Both the position numbers and the translations under genes were made by a program. Shown piece by piece: positions 9,395-22,114 of a stretch of 64,000 nt of DNA (position 1 is its first letter; each line of letters opens with the position of its first letter). Below the pieces are notes generated by a model. The model saw only the letters and a list, made by a program, of their open reading frames with translations. It did no database searches and was not told the origin of the DNA. Source of the stretch: Bdellovibrio sp. (GTDB lineage Bacteria > Bdellovibrionota > Bdellovibrionia > Bdellovibrionales > Bdellovibrionaceae); NCBI GenBank assembly GCA_014376935.1, contig JACMQO010000087.1:5289-69288 (forward strand), in the 5' to 3' direction.

Positions 9395-12300
9395 ATGAAT
9401 AAGACTCCCGTTACGGCATCGAATTTACGTATTCGTAAATCTTTCGCAAAAAATAAACAAGTTATTGAAATCCCCAATCTGATTCAATTGCAAAAAAAGT
9501 CTTACGAGTCTTTCTTGCAAAGAGAAACGGATCCAGATCGCCGCGGCCTTGATGGTTTAAACGGTGTTTTTAAATCTGTATTCCCAATCTCTGATTTCAA
9601 CAACACGTCGTCATTAGAATTTGTTAGCTACACGCTAGAGCCAGCAAAATATGACGTTGATGAATGTCGTCAGCGTGGAATGACATACGCAGCTCCTATC
9701 AAGGTGACTTTGCGTTTGATCGTTTTCGATATCGATGAAGAAACAGAAGCTCGCAGTATCCGCGACGTTAAAGAACAAGAAGTCTACTTAGGTGAAATCC
9801 CTTTGATGACAGCGAACGGTTCTTTCATCATCAACGGAACTGAGCGCGTTGTCGTTTCTCAGTTACACAGATCTCCAGGCGTTTTCTTTGATCACGATCA
9901 TGGAAAAAACAATGCTTCTGGAAAATTAATCTACTCTGCGCGTGTGATTCCATACCGCGGATCATGGTTAGACGTAGAATTCGATCAAAAAGACGTTATC
10001 CACGTTCGTATTGATCGTCGTCGTAAATTCCCTGTTACAATTTTATTAAAAGGTTTGGGTTACAACGTAGAACAACTTTTAGAATACTTCTACGATTTGG
10101 ATGAAATCCAAGTTAAAGGAAAATCTTTATTCCGTAAGTTAGACATCGAAAGAATGTCTGGCCAACGCGCGATCGCTGATATCACTGATCCTAAATCAGG
10201 TGAAGTTCTTATCAAGGCGGGTCGTCGTATTACACGTGCCGTAGTTAAAAAAATCCAAGATTTAAAATTAACTGAAGTTGAAGTTCAACCTCAAGATCTT
10301 GAAGGTAAAGTTTTAGCTAAGCCGTTAATCGATGAATCAACAGGCGAAATTATCGCTGACGCGAATAACGAATTAACTGCTTCGACAATCAAGAAAGCAA
10401 TCGCTTCGGGTATCGAAAAATTCTACTTAATTTTCTTCGATGGTCTTTCAGTAGGTCCATTCTTAAGAAATACTTTGTTAGTCGATAAAGTCGCTAACAA
10501 AGATGAATCATTAGTTGAAATCTACAAGCGTTTACGTCCGGGTGAGCCTCCAGTTCTTGAAGCCGCTGAAGCGTATTTCAATCGTTTATTCTTTGATCCA
10601 GAAGCCTATGACTTATCTGAAGTTGGTCGTATCAAGATCAATCATAAATTCGGTATTTCTATGGAAGAATGTCCTCCAAGTTTCCGCGTTTTAACTAAGA
10701 AAGATATTTTATCGACTATCAAACATTTGATCGAACTTAAAAACGGTCGCGGTGTTGTCGATGATATCGATCACTTAGGTAATCGTCGTGTTCGTTCAGT
10801 GGGTGAGCTTTTGGAAAATCAATACCGCATTGGTTTGGTTCGTATGGAGCGCGCGATCAAAGAGCGTATGTCATTACAAGACGTAGAAACAATGATGCCT
10901 CATGATTTAGTGAACGCTAAACCAGTGAATGCGGTTGTTAAAGAATTCTTCGGTTCTTCTCAGTTATCTCAGTTCATGGATCAGACGAATCCGTTATCTG
11001 AAATTACACATAAACGTCGTCTTTCGGCTCTAGGGCCCGGCGGTTTAACTCGTGATCGCGCTGGTTTCGAAGTACGTGACGTACATCCAACGCATTACGG
11101 TCGTATTTGTCCGATTGAAACTCCAGAGGGGCCAAACATTGGTTTGATCGCGTCTTTATCTACATACGCGCGCATCAACAGTTACGGTTTCATTGAAACA
11201 CCTTACCGCAAAGTTGAAAACGGAACTGTTTCTTCTGATATCAATTACATGTCAGCGCTTGAAGAGGGTGGTCACCACATCGCTCAGGCTCCGACAGACG
11301 TAGCGCAATCTAAAGAATTACCAGTCGGCAACTTATTAGTTCGTCGTGATGGTGAATATGAATTAGTTGACCGCGAAAAAGTGTCTTTAATGGACGTTTC
11401 TCCATCTCAATTAGTTTCTATCGCCGCTTCTTTGATTCCGTTCCTAGAGCATGATGATGCCAATCGCGCCCTAATGGGTTCGAACATGCAACGTCAGGCT
11501 GTTCCGTTAATTAAATCAAGAGCTCCACTAGTAGGAACTGGTGTCGAGCGTTTAGTTGCGCGCGATTCTGGAACTTCTATTGTTGCGATCAATGATGGTA
11601 TCGTTGAAGACGTTGATGCGTCTCGTATCGTTGTTCGTCGTTTAGCAAAAGGTGGAGAACTTGGAGTGAACGTTGATATTTACAACTTAACTAAATACCA
11701 GCGTACGAATCAAAATACATGTTTCAATCAAAAACCAATCGTCAAAACGGGTGATCGCGTTTACAAAACAGACATCATCGCTGACGGTCCTTCGACTGAA
11801 TTAGGTGAATTGGCTTTAGGTCAAAACATCACGGTCGCGTTCACTCCGTGGATGGGTTACAACTTCGAGGATTCTATCTTAATTTCTGAAAAGTTATTAA
11901 AAGAAGACACGTACACATCAGTACATATCGAAGAGTTCGAATGTATCGCTCGTGATACTAAACTTGGAAAAGAAGAGATCACGCGTGATATCGCCAACGT
12001 TGGTGAAGAGGCGTTAAAAGATCTAGATACTTCAGGTATTATCCGTATCGGTGCAGAAGTTAAACCAGGTTTTATCTTAGTTGGTAAAGTGACGCCAAAG
12101 GGTGAAACTCAATTATCTCCTGAAGAAAAATTATTACGCGCTATCTTCGGTGAAAAAGCGGGCGATGTACGTGATACATCATTACGCGTTCCATCGGGCG
12201 TTTACGGAACAGTTATCGACGCGCAAGTTTACTCGCGTGAAGGTTCTGACCGTGACGAGCGTTTAGCATCTATCTTGGATGATAAAAAACGTAAGTTAGA

Positions 12301-13579
12301 AAAAGATTTAGTTATTGAACAAAACGTTATCAAGAATAATGCGATTGAAAAATTGCGTGATATCGTTGTCGGTAAAAAAACAAACGGTATTCTTTTAAAT
12401 GAAGATGGATCTCAAAAACTTTTAAATAAAGGCCAAGACATCACATCAGCAGATTTAGAAACAATTCCGTTCGAATTATTAAGCTACATTCCTTTAGATC
12501 AAGAATTAGAATTCCAAGTGAATAAAATTATTGATGGCGCTCGTAATCAGTTAGACGCCGTTAAAATGGTATTCAACGAGAAAATCGATCGTCTTAAAAA
12601 AGGTGACGAGCTTCCTCCTGGAGTTATCAAGATGGTTAAGGTTTACGTTGCTATTAAACGTAAATTACAAGTTGGTGATAAGTTCGCCGGCCGTCATGGT
12701 AATAAGGGTGTGGTTTCAAAAGTATTACCAATGGAAGATATGCCTTACTTAGCTGACGGAACGCCAGTTGATATGGTTTTAAATCCACTAGGTGTACCTT
12801 CGCGTATGAATATCGGTCAGATTTTAGAGGTTCATTTAGGTTGGGCTGCGCTTAACTTAGGTAAACAATTGAATGAACACATCGATAAGTTCAATGCAGA
12901 CATCTTAAGAACTAGAATGAAAGACATCTATGACGACGCCGACATTAGTGCAAAAATTGATAAAGCTGATGACGAATCATTGAAAAAAATGGCCGTGGCG
13001 ATCAGAAACGGCGTTCACGTCGGTACTCCAGTATTCGACGGTGCTCATGAATCTGATATGCGCGACTTATTGAAAAAAGCTCAATTAAGCTCAACTCAGT
13101 CCATTCTATTTGATGGACGTTCTGGAGAGCCATTCGCGAATCCAGTCACGGTGGGCGTAATGTACATGTTGAAGCTTCACCATTTAGTTGAAGAAAAGAT
13201 CCATGCACGTTCAATTGGACCTTATTCATTAGTTTCTCAGCAGCCACTTGGCGGTAAAGCGCAGTTCGGTGGTCAGCGTCTAGGAGAGATGGAAGTTTGG
13301 GCGATCGAGGCCTACGGTGCGGCTTACTCACTACAAGAATTCTTAACTGTTAAGTCAGATGACGTCGCAGGTAGAACTCGTATGTACGAAAGTATCGTTC
13401 GCGGCGAAAATATCCTTGAGCCGGGATTACCAGAGTCGTTCAACGTATTGATTAAAGAGCTTCAGTCATTAGCTATGAATATCCAACTTGTAGAGTCTGA
13501 TATTTTAACTGATGAAGTTATCGAGCCTATAATCGATCCGTCGGCACCGGTGAACAACGATAACGTAATCACCCATTAA
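9395..13579 (+). CDS. rpoB: RNA polymerase beta subunit
   Basis: [53 protein letters not shown]. Confidence 0.99.
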   Translation: MNKTPVTASNLRIRKSFAKNKQVIEIPNLIQLQKKSYESFLQRETDPDRRGLDGLNGVFKSVFPISDFNNTSSLEFVSYTLEPAKYDVDECRQRGMTYAAPIKVTLRLIVFDIDEETEARSIRDVKEQEVYLGEIPLMTANGSFIINGTERVVVSQLHRSPGVFFDHDHGKNNASGKLIYSARVIPYRGSWLDVEFDQKDVIHVRIDRRRKFPVTILLKGLGYNVEQLLEYFYDLDEIQVKGKSLFRKLDIERMSGQRAIADITDPKSGEVLIKAGRRITRAVVKKIQDLKLTEVEVQPQDLEGKVLAKPLIDESTGEIIADANNELTASTIKKAIASGIEKFYLIFFDGLSVGPFLRNTLLVDKVANKDESLVEIYKRLRPGEPPVLEAAEAYFNRLFFDPEAYDLSEVGRIKINHKFGISMEECPPSFRVLTKKDILSTIKHLIELKNGRGVVDDIDHLGNRRVRSVGELLENQYRIGLVRMERAIKERMSLQDVETMMPHDLVNAKPVNAVVKEFFGSSQLSQFMDQTNPLSEITHKRRLSALGPGGLTRDRAGFEVRDVHPTHYGRICPIETPEGPNIGLIASLSTYARINSYGFIETPYRKVENGTVSSDINYMSALEEGGHHIAQAPTDVAQSKELPVGNLLVRRDGEYELVDREKVSLMDVSPSQLVSIAASLIPFLEHDDANRALMGSNMQRQAVPLIKSRAPLVGTGVERLVARDSGTSIVAINDGIVEDVDASRIVVRRLAKGGELGVNVDIYNLTKYQRTNQNTCFNQKPIVKTGDRVYKTDIIADGPSTELGELALGQNITVAFTPWMGYNFEDSILISEKLLKEDTYTSVHIEEFECIARDTKLGKEEITRDIANVGEEALKDLDTSGIIRIGAEVKPGFILVGKVTPKGETQLSPEEKLLRAIFGEKAGDVRDTSLRVPSGVYGTVIDAQVYSREGSDRDERLASILDDKKRKLEKDLVIEQNVIKNNAIEKLRDIVVGKKTNGILLNEDGSQKLLNKGQDITSADLETIPFELLSYIPLDQELEFQVNKIIDGARNQLDAVKMVFNEKIDRLKKGDELPPGVIKMVKVYVAIKRKLQVGDKFAGRHGNKGVVSKVLPMEDMPYLADGTPVDMVLNPLGVPSRMNIGQILEVHLGWAALNLGKQLNEHIDKFNADILRTRMKDIYDDADISAKIDKADDESLKKMAVAIRNGVHVGTPVFDGAHESDMRDLLKKAQLSSTQSILFDGRSGEPFANPVTVGVMYMLKLHHLVEEKIHARSIGPYSLVSQQPLGGKAQFGGQRLGEMEVWAIEAYGAAYSLQEFLTVKSDDVAGRTRMYESIVRGENILEPGLPESFNVLIKELQSLAMNIQLVESDILTDEVIEPIIDPSAPVNNDNVITH

Positions 13580-13611
13580 TTTTCGGAATTAATTTAACTA
13601 AGGAGTTCATA

Positions 13612-16600
13612 GTGAGAGATTTATTAAATTTTTTCGATAAGCCAAAAGATCCACTTTCGTTTGACGCGGTTAGAATTTCTCTAGCCTCGCCAGAAATGAT
13701 CCGTGAATGGTCTTTCGGTGAAGTAAAAAAACCTGAAACAATAAACTACCGTACGTTCAAACCAGAGCGTGACGGTTTATTCTGTGCTAAAATTTTTGGT
13801 CCAATCAAAGACTACGAATGTTTATGCGGTAAATACAAACGTATGAAATACCGTGGCGTTATCTGTGAAAAGTGTGGCGTTGAAGTCACGCAAACGAAAG
13901 TTCGTCGTGAGCGTTTAGGTCACATCGAATTATCGTCTCCAGTGGCGCACATTTGGTTCTTAAGATCTTTACCATCACGTATCGGTAACTTACTTAATCT
14001 ATCGTTAAAAGACGTAGAAAAAGTTCTTTACTGTGAGTCGTATGTTGTGACTGACCCTATGGAAACAACGTTAGAAGAAGGCGCAGTTTTATCTGAAGAA
14101 GCTTACCAAGCGGCTTTAAATGAATTTGGTCCCAACTTCAAAGCGGGCATGGGCGGCGAAGCTGTCCGTGAATTATTACGTAAAATCGACTGTGAATACT
14201 TATCTCGTAAATTACGCATGGAATTGAAAGAGACTAAGTCAGAAGGAGGAACTAAAAAATTATCAAAGCGTTTGAAAGTTGTAGAAGCTTTCAAAGGTTC
14301 GATCAATAAACCTGAATGGATGATGTTAGAGGCGCTTCCAGTGTTACCACCGGATTTACGTCCGTTAGTACCATTAGATGGTGGTCGTTTCGCAACGTCT
14401 GACTTGAATGATTTATACCGTCGCGTAATCAATCGTAATAATCGTTTGAAGCGTCTTCAAGAGCTGAACGCTCCAGACATTATCATTCGTAATGAAAAAC
14501 GTATGTTACAAGAAGCGGTTGATGCGTTACTTGATAACGGTCGTCGTGGTAAGTCATTTACAGGTCCAAATAAGCGTCCGTTAAAATCTTTAAGTGACAT
14601 GCTTAAAGGTAAACAAGGTCGTTTCCGTCAAAATTTATTAGGTAAACGTGTGGATTACTCGGGTCGTTCGGTTATTACCGTTGGTCCAACATTGAAATTA
14701 CACCAGTGTGGTCTTCCAAAGATTATGGCTTTAGAATTATTCAAGCCATTCGTTTACAACAAATTAGAAGAAAAAGGTCTTGCGACGACAATCAAACAAG
14801 CAAAACGTTTGGTTGATCAACAGACGGTTGAAGTATGGGATATCTTAGCTGAAGTTGTAAAAGAACATCCAGTTATGCTAAATCGTGCGCCAACTCTTCA
14901 TAGACTTGGTATTCAAGCGTTTGAACCCGTTCTTCATGAAGGTAAAGCAATTCAGTTGCATCCATTAGTTTGTACGGCGTTTAATGCCGATTTCGATGGT
15001 GACCAAATGGCCGTTCACGTTCCGTTATCAGTCGAAGCGCAAGTTGAAGCGCGCGTATTGATGATGTCGACGAATAACATTTTGTCTCCGGCCAATGGTA
15101 AACCAATCATCAATCCTTCTCAGGACGTTGTCTTGGGTCTTTATTGGATGACTCGTATTCGCCCAGGCGCTAAAGGCACAGGTAAAGTTTTCGCCTCTGT
15201 TCAAGAAGCGACTTACGCGTACGAAGCAGGTGTTGTTGATTTGCAAGCAGCTTGTAAAGTTAAAGTAAAAGGTAAAATCGAAGAGACTTCAGTCGGTCGT
15301 TCAATTTTATCTGATGCAGTTCCTAAAGAAGTTCCGTTTGCAGAAGTAAATACCGTGATGAGCAAAAAATCGATCGCGGCGTTGATCGATAAAACTTTCC
15401 GTATAGCGGGCGCAAAAGCGACTTGTATTTTAGCCGATCAAATCATGCAAATGGGTTTCAAATACTCAACTGTTGCCGGTTTATCAATTTGCGTCGATGA
15501 TATGATCATTCCAGCTTCAAAAGCTTCGATGATTGCTGACGCTGAAAAACAAGTTCAAGAAATTCAACATCAGTACGACGAAGGTTTGATCACTGATGGA
15601 GAGCGCTACAATAAAGTTGTGGATATCTGGGCGCAAACGTCTGATAAAGTTGCGAAAGAAATGATGGGTCAGATCGAAAAACAAAAATTTATCGTTGATG
15701 GTAAAGAAATTGTTGGACCTTCTTTCAATCCAATCTTCATCATGGCTGACTCGGGTGCCCGGGGTTCTTCGAATCAGATTCGTCAGCTAGGTGGTATGCG
15801 TGGTCTTATGGCCAAGCCATCAGGCGAAATCATCGAAACACCAATCACGGCGAATTTCCGTGAAGGCTTAACTGTTCTTCAATATTTCACATCGACTCAC
15901 GGTGCGCGTAAAGGTCTTGCCGATACAGCGTTAAAAACAGCGAACTCGGGTTACTTAACTCGTCGTTTAGTTGACGTGGCTCAAGATGTGATCGTTTCTG
16001 AAATCGATTGCGGCGTTACTGAAGGCTTAGACATCACTCCATTCTATGAAGCGGGCGAAGTTATTCAAGGTATCGGCGATCGTATTTTAGGTCGCGTGGC
16101 TTTACACGAAATCGTTGATCCTGTTTCTAATAAAATCTTAGTTGCAAAAAACCAAGAGTTAACAGAGCACGACGTTAAACGTGTTGAGGACGCAGGTATC
16201 GAAAAAGTAACAATTCGTTCAGCATTAATTTGCCAAGCGAAACGTGGCGTTTGTATCAAGTGTTACGGACGTGATTTAGCCCGTGGTGCGACTGTGAACT
16301 TAGGTGAAACAGTTGGTATTATCGCGGCGCAGTCAATCGGTGAGCCGGGAACTCAATTAACAATGCGTACATTCCATTTGGGTGGTGCCGCATCTCGTTC
16401 AGTTGACCAATCAGTTCATACAACTCGTTACGATGGAATTTTAAAATTACAAAACATTCAGTCTGTTAAAAACCGTAACGGTAAATTAACGGTCATGAAT
16501 CGTAATGGTAATGCATTAGTTATTGATGAAACAGGTCGCGAACGCGAGAATTTCAAAATCGTTTACGGAGCTATATTAAGCTTTAAAGACGGCGATAAAG

Positions 16601-17715
16601 TAACTAAAGGTGCCACTGTTGCTGAATGGGATCCGTACTCGAATCCGATTATCTCTGAGGTGACCGCAAGAATCACTTTCCAAGATATCGTTGAGGGCGT
16701 GACGATGACTGAGCAAGTGGATCCAGTGACTGGTTTCGCGACGAAAGTTATTACAGAATCAAAATCTTCAGATAACAAACCAACAGTATTCATGATTGAT
16801 GCTGCTGGGAAAGCGCTAAACCTTCCAGGTCGCGATATTCCAGCTCGTTACATGATTCCGGTTGGCGCACAGTTACTTGTTGTTGACGGCGCTGACGTTC
16901 ACGCAGGTGATGTGATCGCTAAGATGCATAGAGAAACTTCTAAAACAAAAGATATCACGGGTGGTCTTCCGCGCGTTGCCGAACTATTTGAGGCGCGTAA
17001 ACCAAAAGAATCGGCGATTATCTCTGAAATCGATGGTTACGTTACTTTCGGTAAAGACGTTAAAGGTAAACAACGTGTTATCGTGACTCCTGAAATAGGC
17101 GAACAGCGTGAATACTTGATTCCAAAAGGTAAACACGTTGCAGTTCGCGAAGGTGAATTCGTTCGTGCCGGTGAAGCGTTAATGGATGGACCTACAAATC
17201 CACATGACGTCTTAGCAGTATTGGGTGCTAGCGCATTGTCAGCGTACTTAGTGAATGAAGTTCAAGAAGTTTACCGCTTACAAGGTGTGGGTATCAATGA
17301 TAAGCACGTTGAAGTGATCGTTCGTCAGATGTTACGTAAAGTTGAAGTTATCGAAGTGGGCGACACGCGTTTCTTAGCGGGCGAACAAGTTGAAAGAACA
17401 ACTTACGAAGCAGAAAACAAACGTGTTCTTAACGAAGGCGGCCAAATTGCGACTAGTAAACCGTTATTGTTAGGTATTACAAAAGTTTCTTTAAGCACTG
17501 AAAGCTGGATTTCAGCCGCCTCTTTCCAAGAGACGACTAAAGTCCTTACCGAAGCAGCTATTAATTCAAAAACAGATCATTTACGTGGTCTAAAAGAAAA
17601 TATCATCATGGGTCGACTAATCCCTGCGGGAACCGGTTTAACGTCTTATAAGCGTTGGAAAGTTGTCGTAACGGAAGATGAAGAGATGGAATCTGCAGCT
17701 TTACCTTTAGGTTAA
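13612..17715 (+). CDS. rpoC: RNA polymerase beta' subunit (GTG start)
   Basis: [12 protein letters not shown] catalytic motif, N-terminal Zn ribbon, [15 protein letters not shown]. Confidence 0.99.
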   Translation: MRDLLNFFDKPKDPLSFDAVRISLASPEMIREWSFGEVKKPETINYRTFKPERDGLFCAKIFGPIKDYECLCGKYKRMKYRGVICEKCGVEVTQTKVRRERLGHIELSSPVAHIWFLRSLPSRIGNLLNLSLKDVEKVLYCESYVVTDPMETTLEEGAVLSEEAYQAALNEFGPNFKAGMGGEAVRELLRKIDCEYLSRKLRMELKETKSEGGTKKLSKRLKVVEAFKGSINKPEWMMLEALPVLPPDLRPLVPLDGGRFATSDLNDLYRRVINRNNRLKRLQELNAPDIIIRNEKRMLQEAVDALLDNGRRGKSFTGPNKRPLKSLSDMLKGKQGRFRQNLLGKRVDYSGRSVITVGPTLKLHQCGLPKIMALELFKPFVYNKLEEKGLATTIKQAKRLVDQQTVEVWDILAEVVKEHPVMLNRAPTLHRLGIQAFEPVLHEGKAIQLHPLVCTAFNADFDGDQMAVHVPLSVEAQVEARVLMMSTNNILSPANGKPIINPSQDVVLGLYWMTRIRPGAKGTGKVFASVQEATYAYEAGVVDLQAACKVKVKGKIEETSVGRSILSDAVPKEVPFAEVNTVMSKKSIAALIDKTFRIAGAKATCILADQIMQMGFKYSTVAGLSICVDDMIIPASKASMIADAEKQVQEIQHQYDEGLITDGERYNKVVDIWAQTSDKVAKEMMGQIEKQKFIVDGKEIVGPSFNPIFIMADSGARGSSNQIRQLGGMRGLMAKPSGEIIETPITANFREGLTVLQYFTSTHGARKGLADTALKTANSGYLTRRLVDVAQDVIVSEIDCGVTEGLDITPFYEAGEVIQGIGDRILGRVALHEIVDPVSNKILVAKNQELTEHDVKRVEDAGIEKVTIRSALICQAKRGVCIKCYGRDLARGATVNLGETVGIIAAQSIGEPGTQLTMRTFHLGGAASRSVDQSVHTTRYDGILKLQNIQSVKNRNGKLTVMNRNGNALVIDETGRERENFKIVYGAILSFKDGDKVTKGATVAEWDPYSNPIISEVTARITFQDIVEGVTMTEQVDPVTGFATKVITESKSSDNKPTVFMIDAAGKALNLPGRDIPARYMIPVGAQLLVVDGADVHAGDVIAKMHRETSKTKDITGGLPRVAELFEARKPKESAIISEIDGYVTFGKDVKGKQRVIVTPEIGEQREYLIPKGKHVAVREGEFVRAGEALMDGPTNPHDVLAVLGASALSAYLVNEVQEVYRLQGVGINDKHVEVIVRQMLRKVEVIEVGDTRFLAGEQVERTTYEAENKRVLNEGGQIATSKPLLLGITKVSLSTESWISAASFQETTKVLTEAAINSKTDHLRGLKENIIMGRLIPAGTGLTSYKRWKVVVTEDEEMESAALPLG

Positions 17716-17723
17716 GCTGCAGT

Positions 17724-17761
17724 GACGGGGTTTTAAGAAATTAAGACCCCGTTGCCGTTTA
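17724..17761 (+). terminator. Terminator-like hairpin after rpoC
   Basis: GACGGGGTTTTAA-GAAA-TTAAGACCCCGTT; weak U tract. Confidence 0.6.
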
Positions 17762-17856
17762 AATATGCTTGACGATGACCACCGTTGTCGTTAATTTGTC
17801 GAACTTAGTAAACATTTTAGTTAAACATGATTTAACTATTAAAAAGGGGATTTTAA

Positions 17857-18231
17857 GTGCCTACAATCAACCAGCTGATCAAGAAAGAAAGATCAGTTCA
17901 AAAAAATAAGACGAAATCACCAGCCCTTGCTAGCTGTCCTCAGCGCCGTGGTGTTTGTACTCGTGTTTATACAACTACTCCAAAAAAACCAAATTCAGCG
18001 TTACGTAAAGTAGCTAAAATCCGTTTATCAAATGGCTTTGAAGTTATCTCTTACATTCCTGGTGTTGGACACAATCTACAAGAGCATAGCGTTGTTATGA
18101 TCCGTGGCGGTCGTGTTAAAGATCTTCCGGGTGTTCGTTACCATATCGTTCGTGGTACTTTAGACTTACAAGGTGTAAACGGTCGTTTACGATCTCGTTC
18201 TAAATACGGTTCGAAGAAACCTAAAAAATAA
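17857..18231 (+). CDS. rpsL: 30S ribosomal protein S12 (GTG start)
   Basis: [24 protein letters not shown]. Confidence 0.99.
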   Translation: MPTINQLIKKERSVQKNKTKSPALASCPQRRGVCTRVYTTTPKKPNSALRKVAKIRLSNGFEVISYIPGVGHNLQEHSVVMIRGGRVKDLPGVRYHIVRGTLDLQGVNGRLRSRSKYGSKKPKK

Positions 18232-18285
18232 TTTAAGCCGAGATTAAGAAACTTAATCTAACGAAATAAAAGCTAAGGAAATCAT

Positions 18286-18759
18286 ATGTCACGTCGTAGT
18301 CGTACATTCAAAAGAGAAATTATCCCTGATCCAATTCACAAGGATATTATTATCGCTAAGTTTATCAATAAAATCATGGAGCGCGGTCAAAAATCGACAG
18401 CGCAAAAACTTTTCTACGGAGCTTTAGAAGAGCTTAACGGAAAAGTTCCAGGCGAAGAATCAGTTAACGTTATGAGAAAAGCTTTAGAAAACGTAAAGCC
18501 TTCGATCGAGGTACGTTCTCGTCGCGTTGGTGGAGCTACATACCAAGTTCCTGTTGATGTACGTCCAACACGTAAATTAACTTTAGCAATGCGTTGGTTA
18601 GTTGAGTACTCACGTGCTCGCGGAGAAAAAGATTTCTCTAAAAAACTTGCTGGTGAATTACTTGATGCTTATAATAACCGTGGCAATTCTATTAAGAAAA
18701 AAGAAGATGTTCACAAAATGGCTGAGTCAAACAAGGCTTTTGCTCATTACAATTGGTAA
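18286..18759 (+). CDS. rpsG: 30S ribosomal protein S7
   Basis: EVRSRRVGGATYQVP, HKMAESNKAFAHYNW. Confidence 0.99.
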   Translation: MSRRSRTFKREIIPDPIHKDIIIAKFINKIMERGQKSTAQKLFYGALEELNGKVPGEESVNVMRKALENVKPSIEVRSRRVGGATYQVPVDVRPTRKLTLAMRWLVEYSRARGEKDFSKKLAGELLDAYNNRGNSIKKKEDVHKMAESNKAFAHYNW

Positions 18760-18772
18760 TTAATTAAATTCG

Positions 18773-20872
18773 ATGTCAGCGAATACAGTTAAAACCGAAG
18801 CTGATCTCAAGTATACCCGTAATATCGGCATCATGGCTCACATTGATGCCGGTAAAACGACGACAACCGAACGAATCCTTTTCTACACAGGTAAAAGTCA
18901 TAAAATAGGTGAAGTTCATGATGGCGCGCCCACCATGGATTGGATGCCTCAAGAGCAAGAGCGCGGAATTACAATTACTTCTGCGGCCACAACTGCTTTT
19001 TGGAAAAACTACCGAATTAATATCATAGATACACCCGGACACGTTGATTTCACAATTGAAGTCGAACGCTCACTTCGCGTTTTAGACGGCGCTGTTGCCG
19101 TATTCGACGGTGTTAATGGGGTCGAGCCACAATCTGAAACCGTATGGCGCCAGGCGAACAAATACAAAGTCCCAAGAATTTGTTTCATCAATAAAATGGA
19201 CCGCGTCGGTTCTGACTTTAACATGAGCGTGCAAACCATCGCCGACAAGTTAGAAGCAAAGCCAATTAAAGTTCAAATGCCTATCGGCGCCGAAGATCAA
19301 TTTAATGGAATCATTGACTTACTAACCGGTAAGGCGATCGGTTGGAAAAATACAGGCGACCACGAATTTATTCAAATCGAAATTCCTGCAAAATTAAGAG
19401 CGGAAGTTGAAGCTGAACAAGCTAAGACAGTCGAGCAAATTTGCGAACTAGATGAGGCTTTAATCGATAAATATTTAAACGGCGAAACGCCTTCTGTTGA
19501 AGAACTAAAAGCCGCTTTACGTAAAGCAACAATCGAGCTTCATGCTTTTCCTGTTTTCTGCGGAGCCGCGTTTAAAAATAAAGGTGTGCAGCAGCTTCTT
19601 GATGGCGTTATTGATTACTTGCCAAGTCCTTTAGACATTCCGCCGGTCATTGGTATGAATCCGGTAAAACCTGACTTACAAGTCGAGTGTCACGTTAAAT
19701 TTGACGAACCTGCAGCGTTAATCGCATTTAAATTAGCGAACGATCCTTTCTCGGGCGCATTAACTTTTGTGCGCATTTACTCGGGCCAAATAAAATTGGG
19801 CGACCAAGTTTATAATCCACGTACAGAAAAAAAAGAGCGTATTCAAAAAATCGTAAAGATGCATGCGAACGCGCGTGAAGAAGTCGATCATTTGAAGGCC
19901 GGTGATATCGGTGCTGTGATCGGATTAAAGTTCACTTCGACAGGGGATACGCTTTGCGACCCAAGTCGTTTAGTGGTTTTTGAATCCATGACGTTTCCAG
20001 AGCCAGTTATTTCGGTTGTTGTCGAAGCGAAATCTTCGGCTGATCAAGAAAAGATGATCGAAGGTTTGCAGCGTTTAGAAAAAGAAGATCCATCTTGTCG
20101 TCTAAGAACAGACGTAGAGACGGGGCAAATTCTTTTATCTGGAATGGGTGAGCTTCATTTAGATATTTTAATTGATCGTCTGTTGCGTGAACATAAAATT
20201 CAGGCCAACGTCGGTCGTCCGCAGGTGGCATACCGTGAAACTTTAGCAAGTAACGTATCTGTTGATTTCACATTCGAGCGTATGTTGGGCGGCGAAGAAA
20301 AATTTGCCCAATTAGGTTTAGATATACAAACGATTCCTGCGGCTGAAGGTATTAAAATTACCAGTGCGGTTGTTCCATCAAAAGAAGTTCAACCCAATTG
20401 GTTGAAGGCTTGTGAAAATGGATTTAAAGAAGCTTCCGAAGTTGGTCCTATCGCCAGCTACTCGATGGTGGGGTTGAAAATTAATTTACGTTCTTTGTCG
20501 GGTAAGTCACAAATGACCGACGAGATCGTTTGTAAGGCTGCGGCATCCCTAGCCTTTCGTGAAGCATTAAAAAAAAGCGAAGCCGTTTTGCTTGAGCCGA
20601 TGTTTAAAGTTGAAGTACAATGTCCTGATGAATTTGTAGGCAACGTAGTTGGCGATTTAAGCTCTCGCCGTGGCAAGGTCATCAATATGATAGCTAAGCC
20701 TCAGTCTGGGCAAACGATTCAAGCAGAGGTGCCTTTGGCGCAGTTATTTGGCTACGCGACTGACGTTCGAAGCTTATCTCAAGGGCGTGCGTTCTTCAGT
20801 ATGGAGTTCTTGGACTATGTTCCAGTTCCCCCTAAGGTAAAAGCAGAGATATTACATCGTTTAGGGCGTTAA
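18773..20872 (+). CDS. fusA: Elongation factor G paralogue with divergent domain IV (EF-G2/recycling type suspected)
   Basis: [39 protein letters not shown]; canonical domain IV loops replaced. Confidence 0.95.
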   Translation: MSANTVKTEADLKYTRNIGIMAHIDAGKTTTTERILFYTGKSHKIGEVHDGAPTMDWMPQEQERGITITSAATTAFWKNYRINIIDTPGHVDFTIEVERSLRVLDGAVAVFDGVNGVEPQSETVWRQANKYKVPRICFINKMDRVGSDFNMSVQTIADKLEAKPIKVQMPIGAEDQFNGIIDLLTGKAIGWKNTGDHEFIQIEIPAKLRAEVEAEQAKTVEQICELDEALIDKYLNGETPSVEELKAALRKATIELHAFPVFCGAAFKNKGVQQLLDGVIDYLPSPLDIPPVIGMNPVKPDLQVECHVKFDEPAALIAFKLANDPFSGALTFVRIYSGQIKLGDQVYNPRTEKKERIQKIVKMHANAREEVDHLKAGDIGAVIGLKFTSTGDTLCDPSRLVVFESMTFPEPVISVVVEAKSSADQEKMIEGLQRLEKEDPSCRLRTDVETGQILLSGMGELHLDILIDRLLREHKIQANVGRPQVAYRETLASNVSVDFTFERMLGGEEKFAQLGLDIQTIPAAEGIKITSAVVPSKEVQPNWLKACENGFKEASEVGPIASYSMVGLKINLRSLSGKSQMTDEIVCKAAASLAFREALKKSEAVLLEPMFKVEVQCPDEFVGNVVGDLSSRRGKVINMIAKPQSGQTIQAEVPLAQLFGYATDVRSLSQGRAFFSMEFLDYVPVPPKVKAEILHRLGR

Positions 20873-20986
20873 GCATCTGGCGCCATGGGCGATAGATGCT
20901 GCTTCGTCTGTGGCGATAGTTTCGCAGGGTAAATGCCGGTCCGGCGCTTCTATCTTCAAAACGTTTAAAATAAAATAAATAACCCA

Positions 20987-21015
20987 TTGACTTTACATAA
21001 CCCGTGTTCGATATT
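20987..21015 (+). promoter_or_regulatory. Probable sigma70 promoter of the S10 operon
   Basis: TTGACT-17 nt-GATATT preceded by A-rich UP-like tract AAAATAAAATAAATAA. Confidence 0.5.
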
Positions 21016-21110
21016 CTCAAATCTTGTTAACGCTACGGAAATCTCCGCATTCTTGGCAGTCTTGCTAGGTGGATAAAGATTTTGGCGGGCCGATTTAGGG
21101 AAAAAGGTAT

Positions 21111-21428
21111 ATGCAAAGTCAAAAAATACGTATCAGGCTAAAAGCCTTTGATCATAAATTACTTGATCAATCTACCAAAGAAATAGTTGAAACGGCTCGA
21201 CGTACAGGTGCAAAAATCGCCGGTCCGATCCCTTTACCAACTCGTATCAACCGATTCACTGTTTTACGTTCACCACACGTAGATAAAAAATCACGCGAAC
21301 AATTTGAAATCAGAACTCATAAAAGAATGTTAGACATTCTTGAACCAACTCAACAAACAATCGACCAGTTAATGAAGTTAGATCTTTCTGCTGGCGTTGA
21401 CGTTGAAATTAAATTGTCTGCAACGTAA
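21111..21428 (+). CDS. rpsJ: 30S ribosomal protein S10
   Basis: [32 protein letters not shown]. Confidence 0.99.
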   Translation: MQSQKIRIRLKAFDHKLLDQSTKEIVETARRTGAKIAGPIPLPTRINRFTVLRSPHVDKKSREQFEIRTHKRMLDILEPTQQTIDQLMKLDLSAGVDVEIKLSAT

Positions 21429-21443
21429 TCGGAGGAGTGAATA

Positions 21444-22112
21444 ATGAGCGAACAAACATCTAATACTCCTGCTGCAGAAGGTATCAAGCTTAACGGGCTT
21501 TATGCTTTCAAAGAGGGTATGGCTACAATTTATAATGAAAAGGGTGAAGCAATCCCTGTGACTGTTTTGCGATTTGAAAACTGGAAAGTTTCTCAAATTA
21601 AAACGAACGAAGTTGACGGTTACACGGCTGTTCAAGTTGCTGCCGTTTCTAAAAAGGCTAAAAATGCTTCTTCTGCGGAAGTTGGACATTTAAAAGAAGC
21701 TGGTTTTGAATCAGGCGCTAAATATGTTAAAGAATTAAGATTAGAGCAATTACCTACAGACTTAAAAGTTGGCGACAGTTTGTCGATCGACTCTTTGGTT
21801 AAGGGTGATGTTGTTAAAATCACTTCTAAATCTAAAGGTCACGGTTTCCAAGGTTCTGTAAGGCGTTGGAATTTTGCCGGTGGTCCTGCAACTCACGGTT
21901 CTAAATTCCACCGTCGTCCGGGTTCATCTGGTAACAGAACATGGCCGGGTCGCGTAATGCCAGGAAAGAAATTTCCAGGTCACTGGGGTGATGAAAACAT
22001 CACTGTTAGAAACGTTGTTGTTATTGACGTAAACGCAGCTGACGGAGTTTTGCTTGTTAAGGGACCAGTTCCGGGCAGCAAGAACACTCTTGTTAAGTTG
22101 GTTAAGGAATAA
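21444..22112 (+). CDS. rplC: 50S ribosomal protein L3
   Basis: SKGHGFQG, THGSKFHRRPGS, GRVMPGKKFPGH. Confidence 0.98.
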   Translation: MSEQTSNTPAAEGIKLNGLYAFKEGMATIYNEKGEAIPVTVLRFENWKVSQIKTNEVDGYTAVQVAAVSKKAKNASSAEVGHLKEAGFESGAKYVKELRLEQLPTDLKVGDSLSIDSLVKGDVVKITSKSKGHGFQGSVRRWNFAGGPATHGSKFHRRPGSSGNRTWPGRVMPGKKFPGHWGDENITVRNVVVIDVNAADGVLLVKGPVPGSKNTLVKLVKE

Positions 22113-22114
22113 TT

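Noticed and set aside
10920-11160. Rifampicin or streptomycin resistance alleles (rpoB RRDR; rpsL K42/K87)
   Set aside because: RRDR and both S12 lysines read as wild type.
20832-21020. 62-aa minus-strand ORF in the fusA-rpsJ spacer
   Set aside because: Overlaps the fusA end and the S10 promoter; no SD or motif.
20873-21110. Calling oriC in the fusA-rpsJ spacer
   Set aside because: Only one imperfect DnaA box, no box cluster or DnaA-trio run, and no dnaA/dnaN; the AT tract is explained as a promoter UP element.
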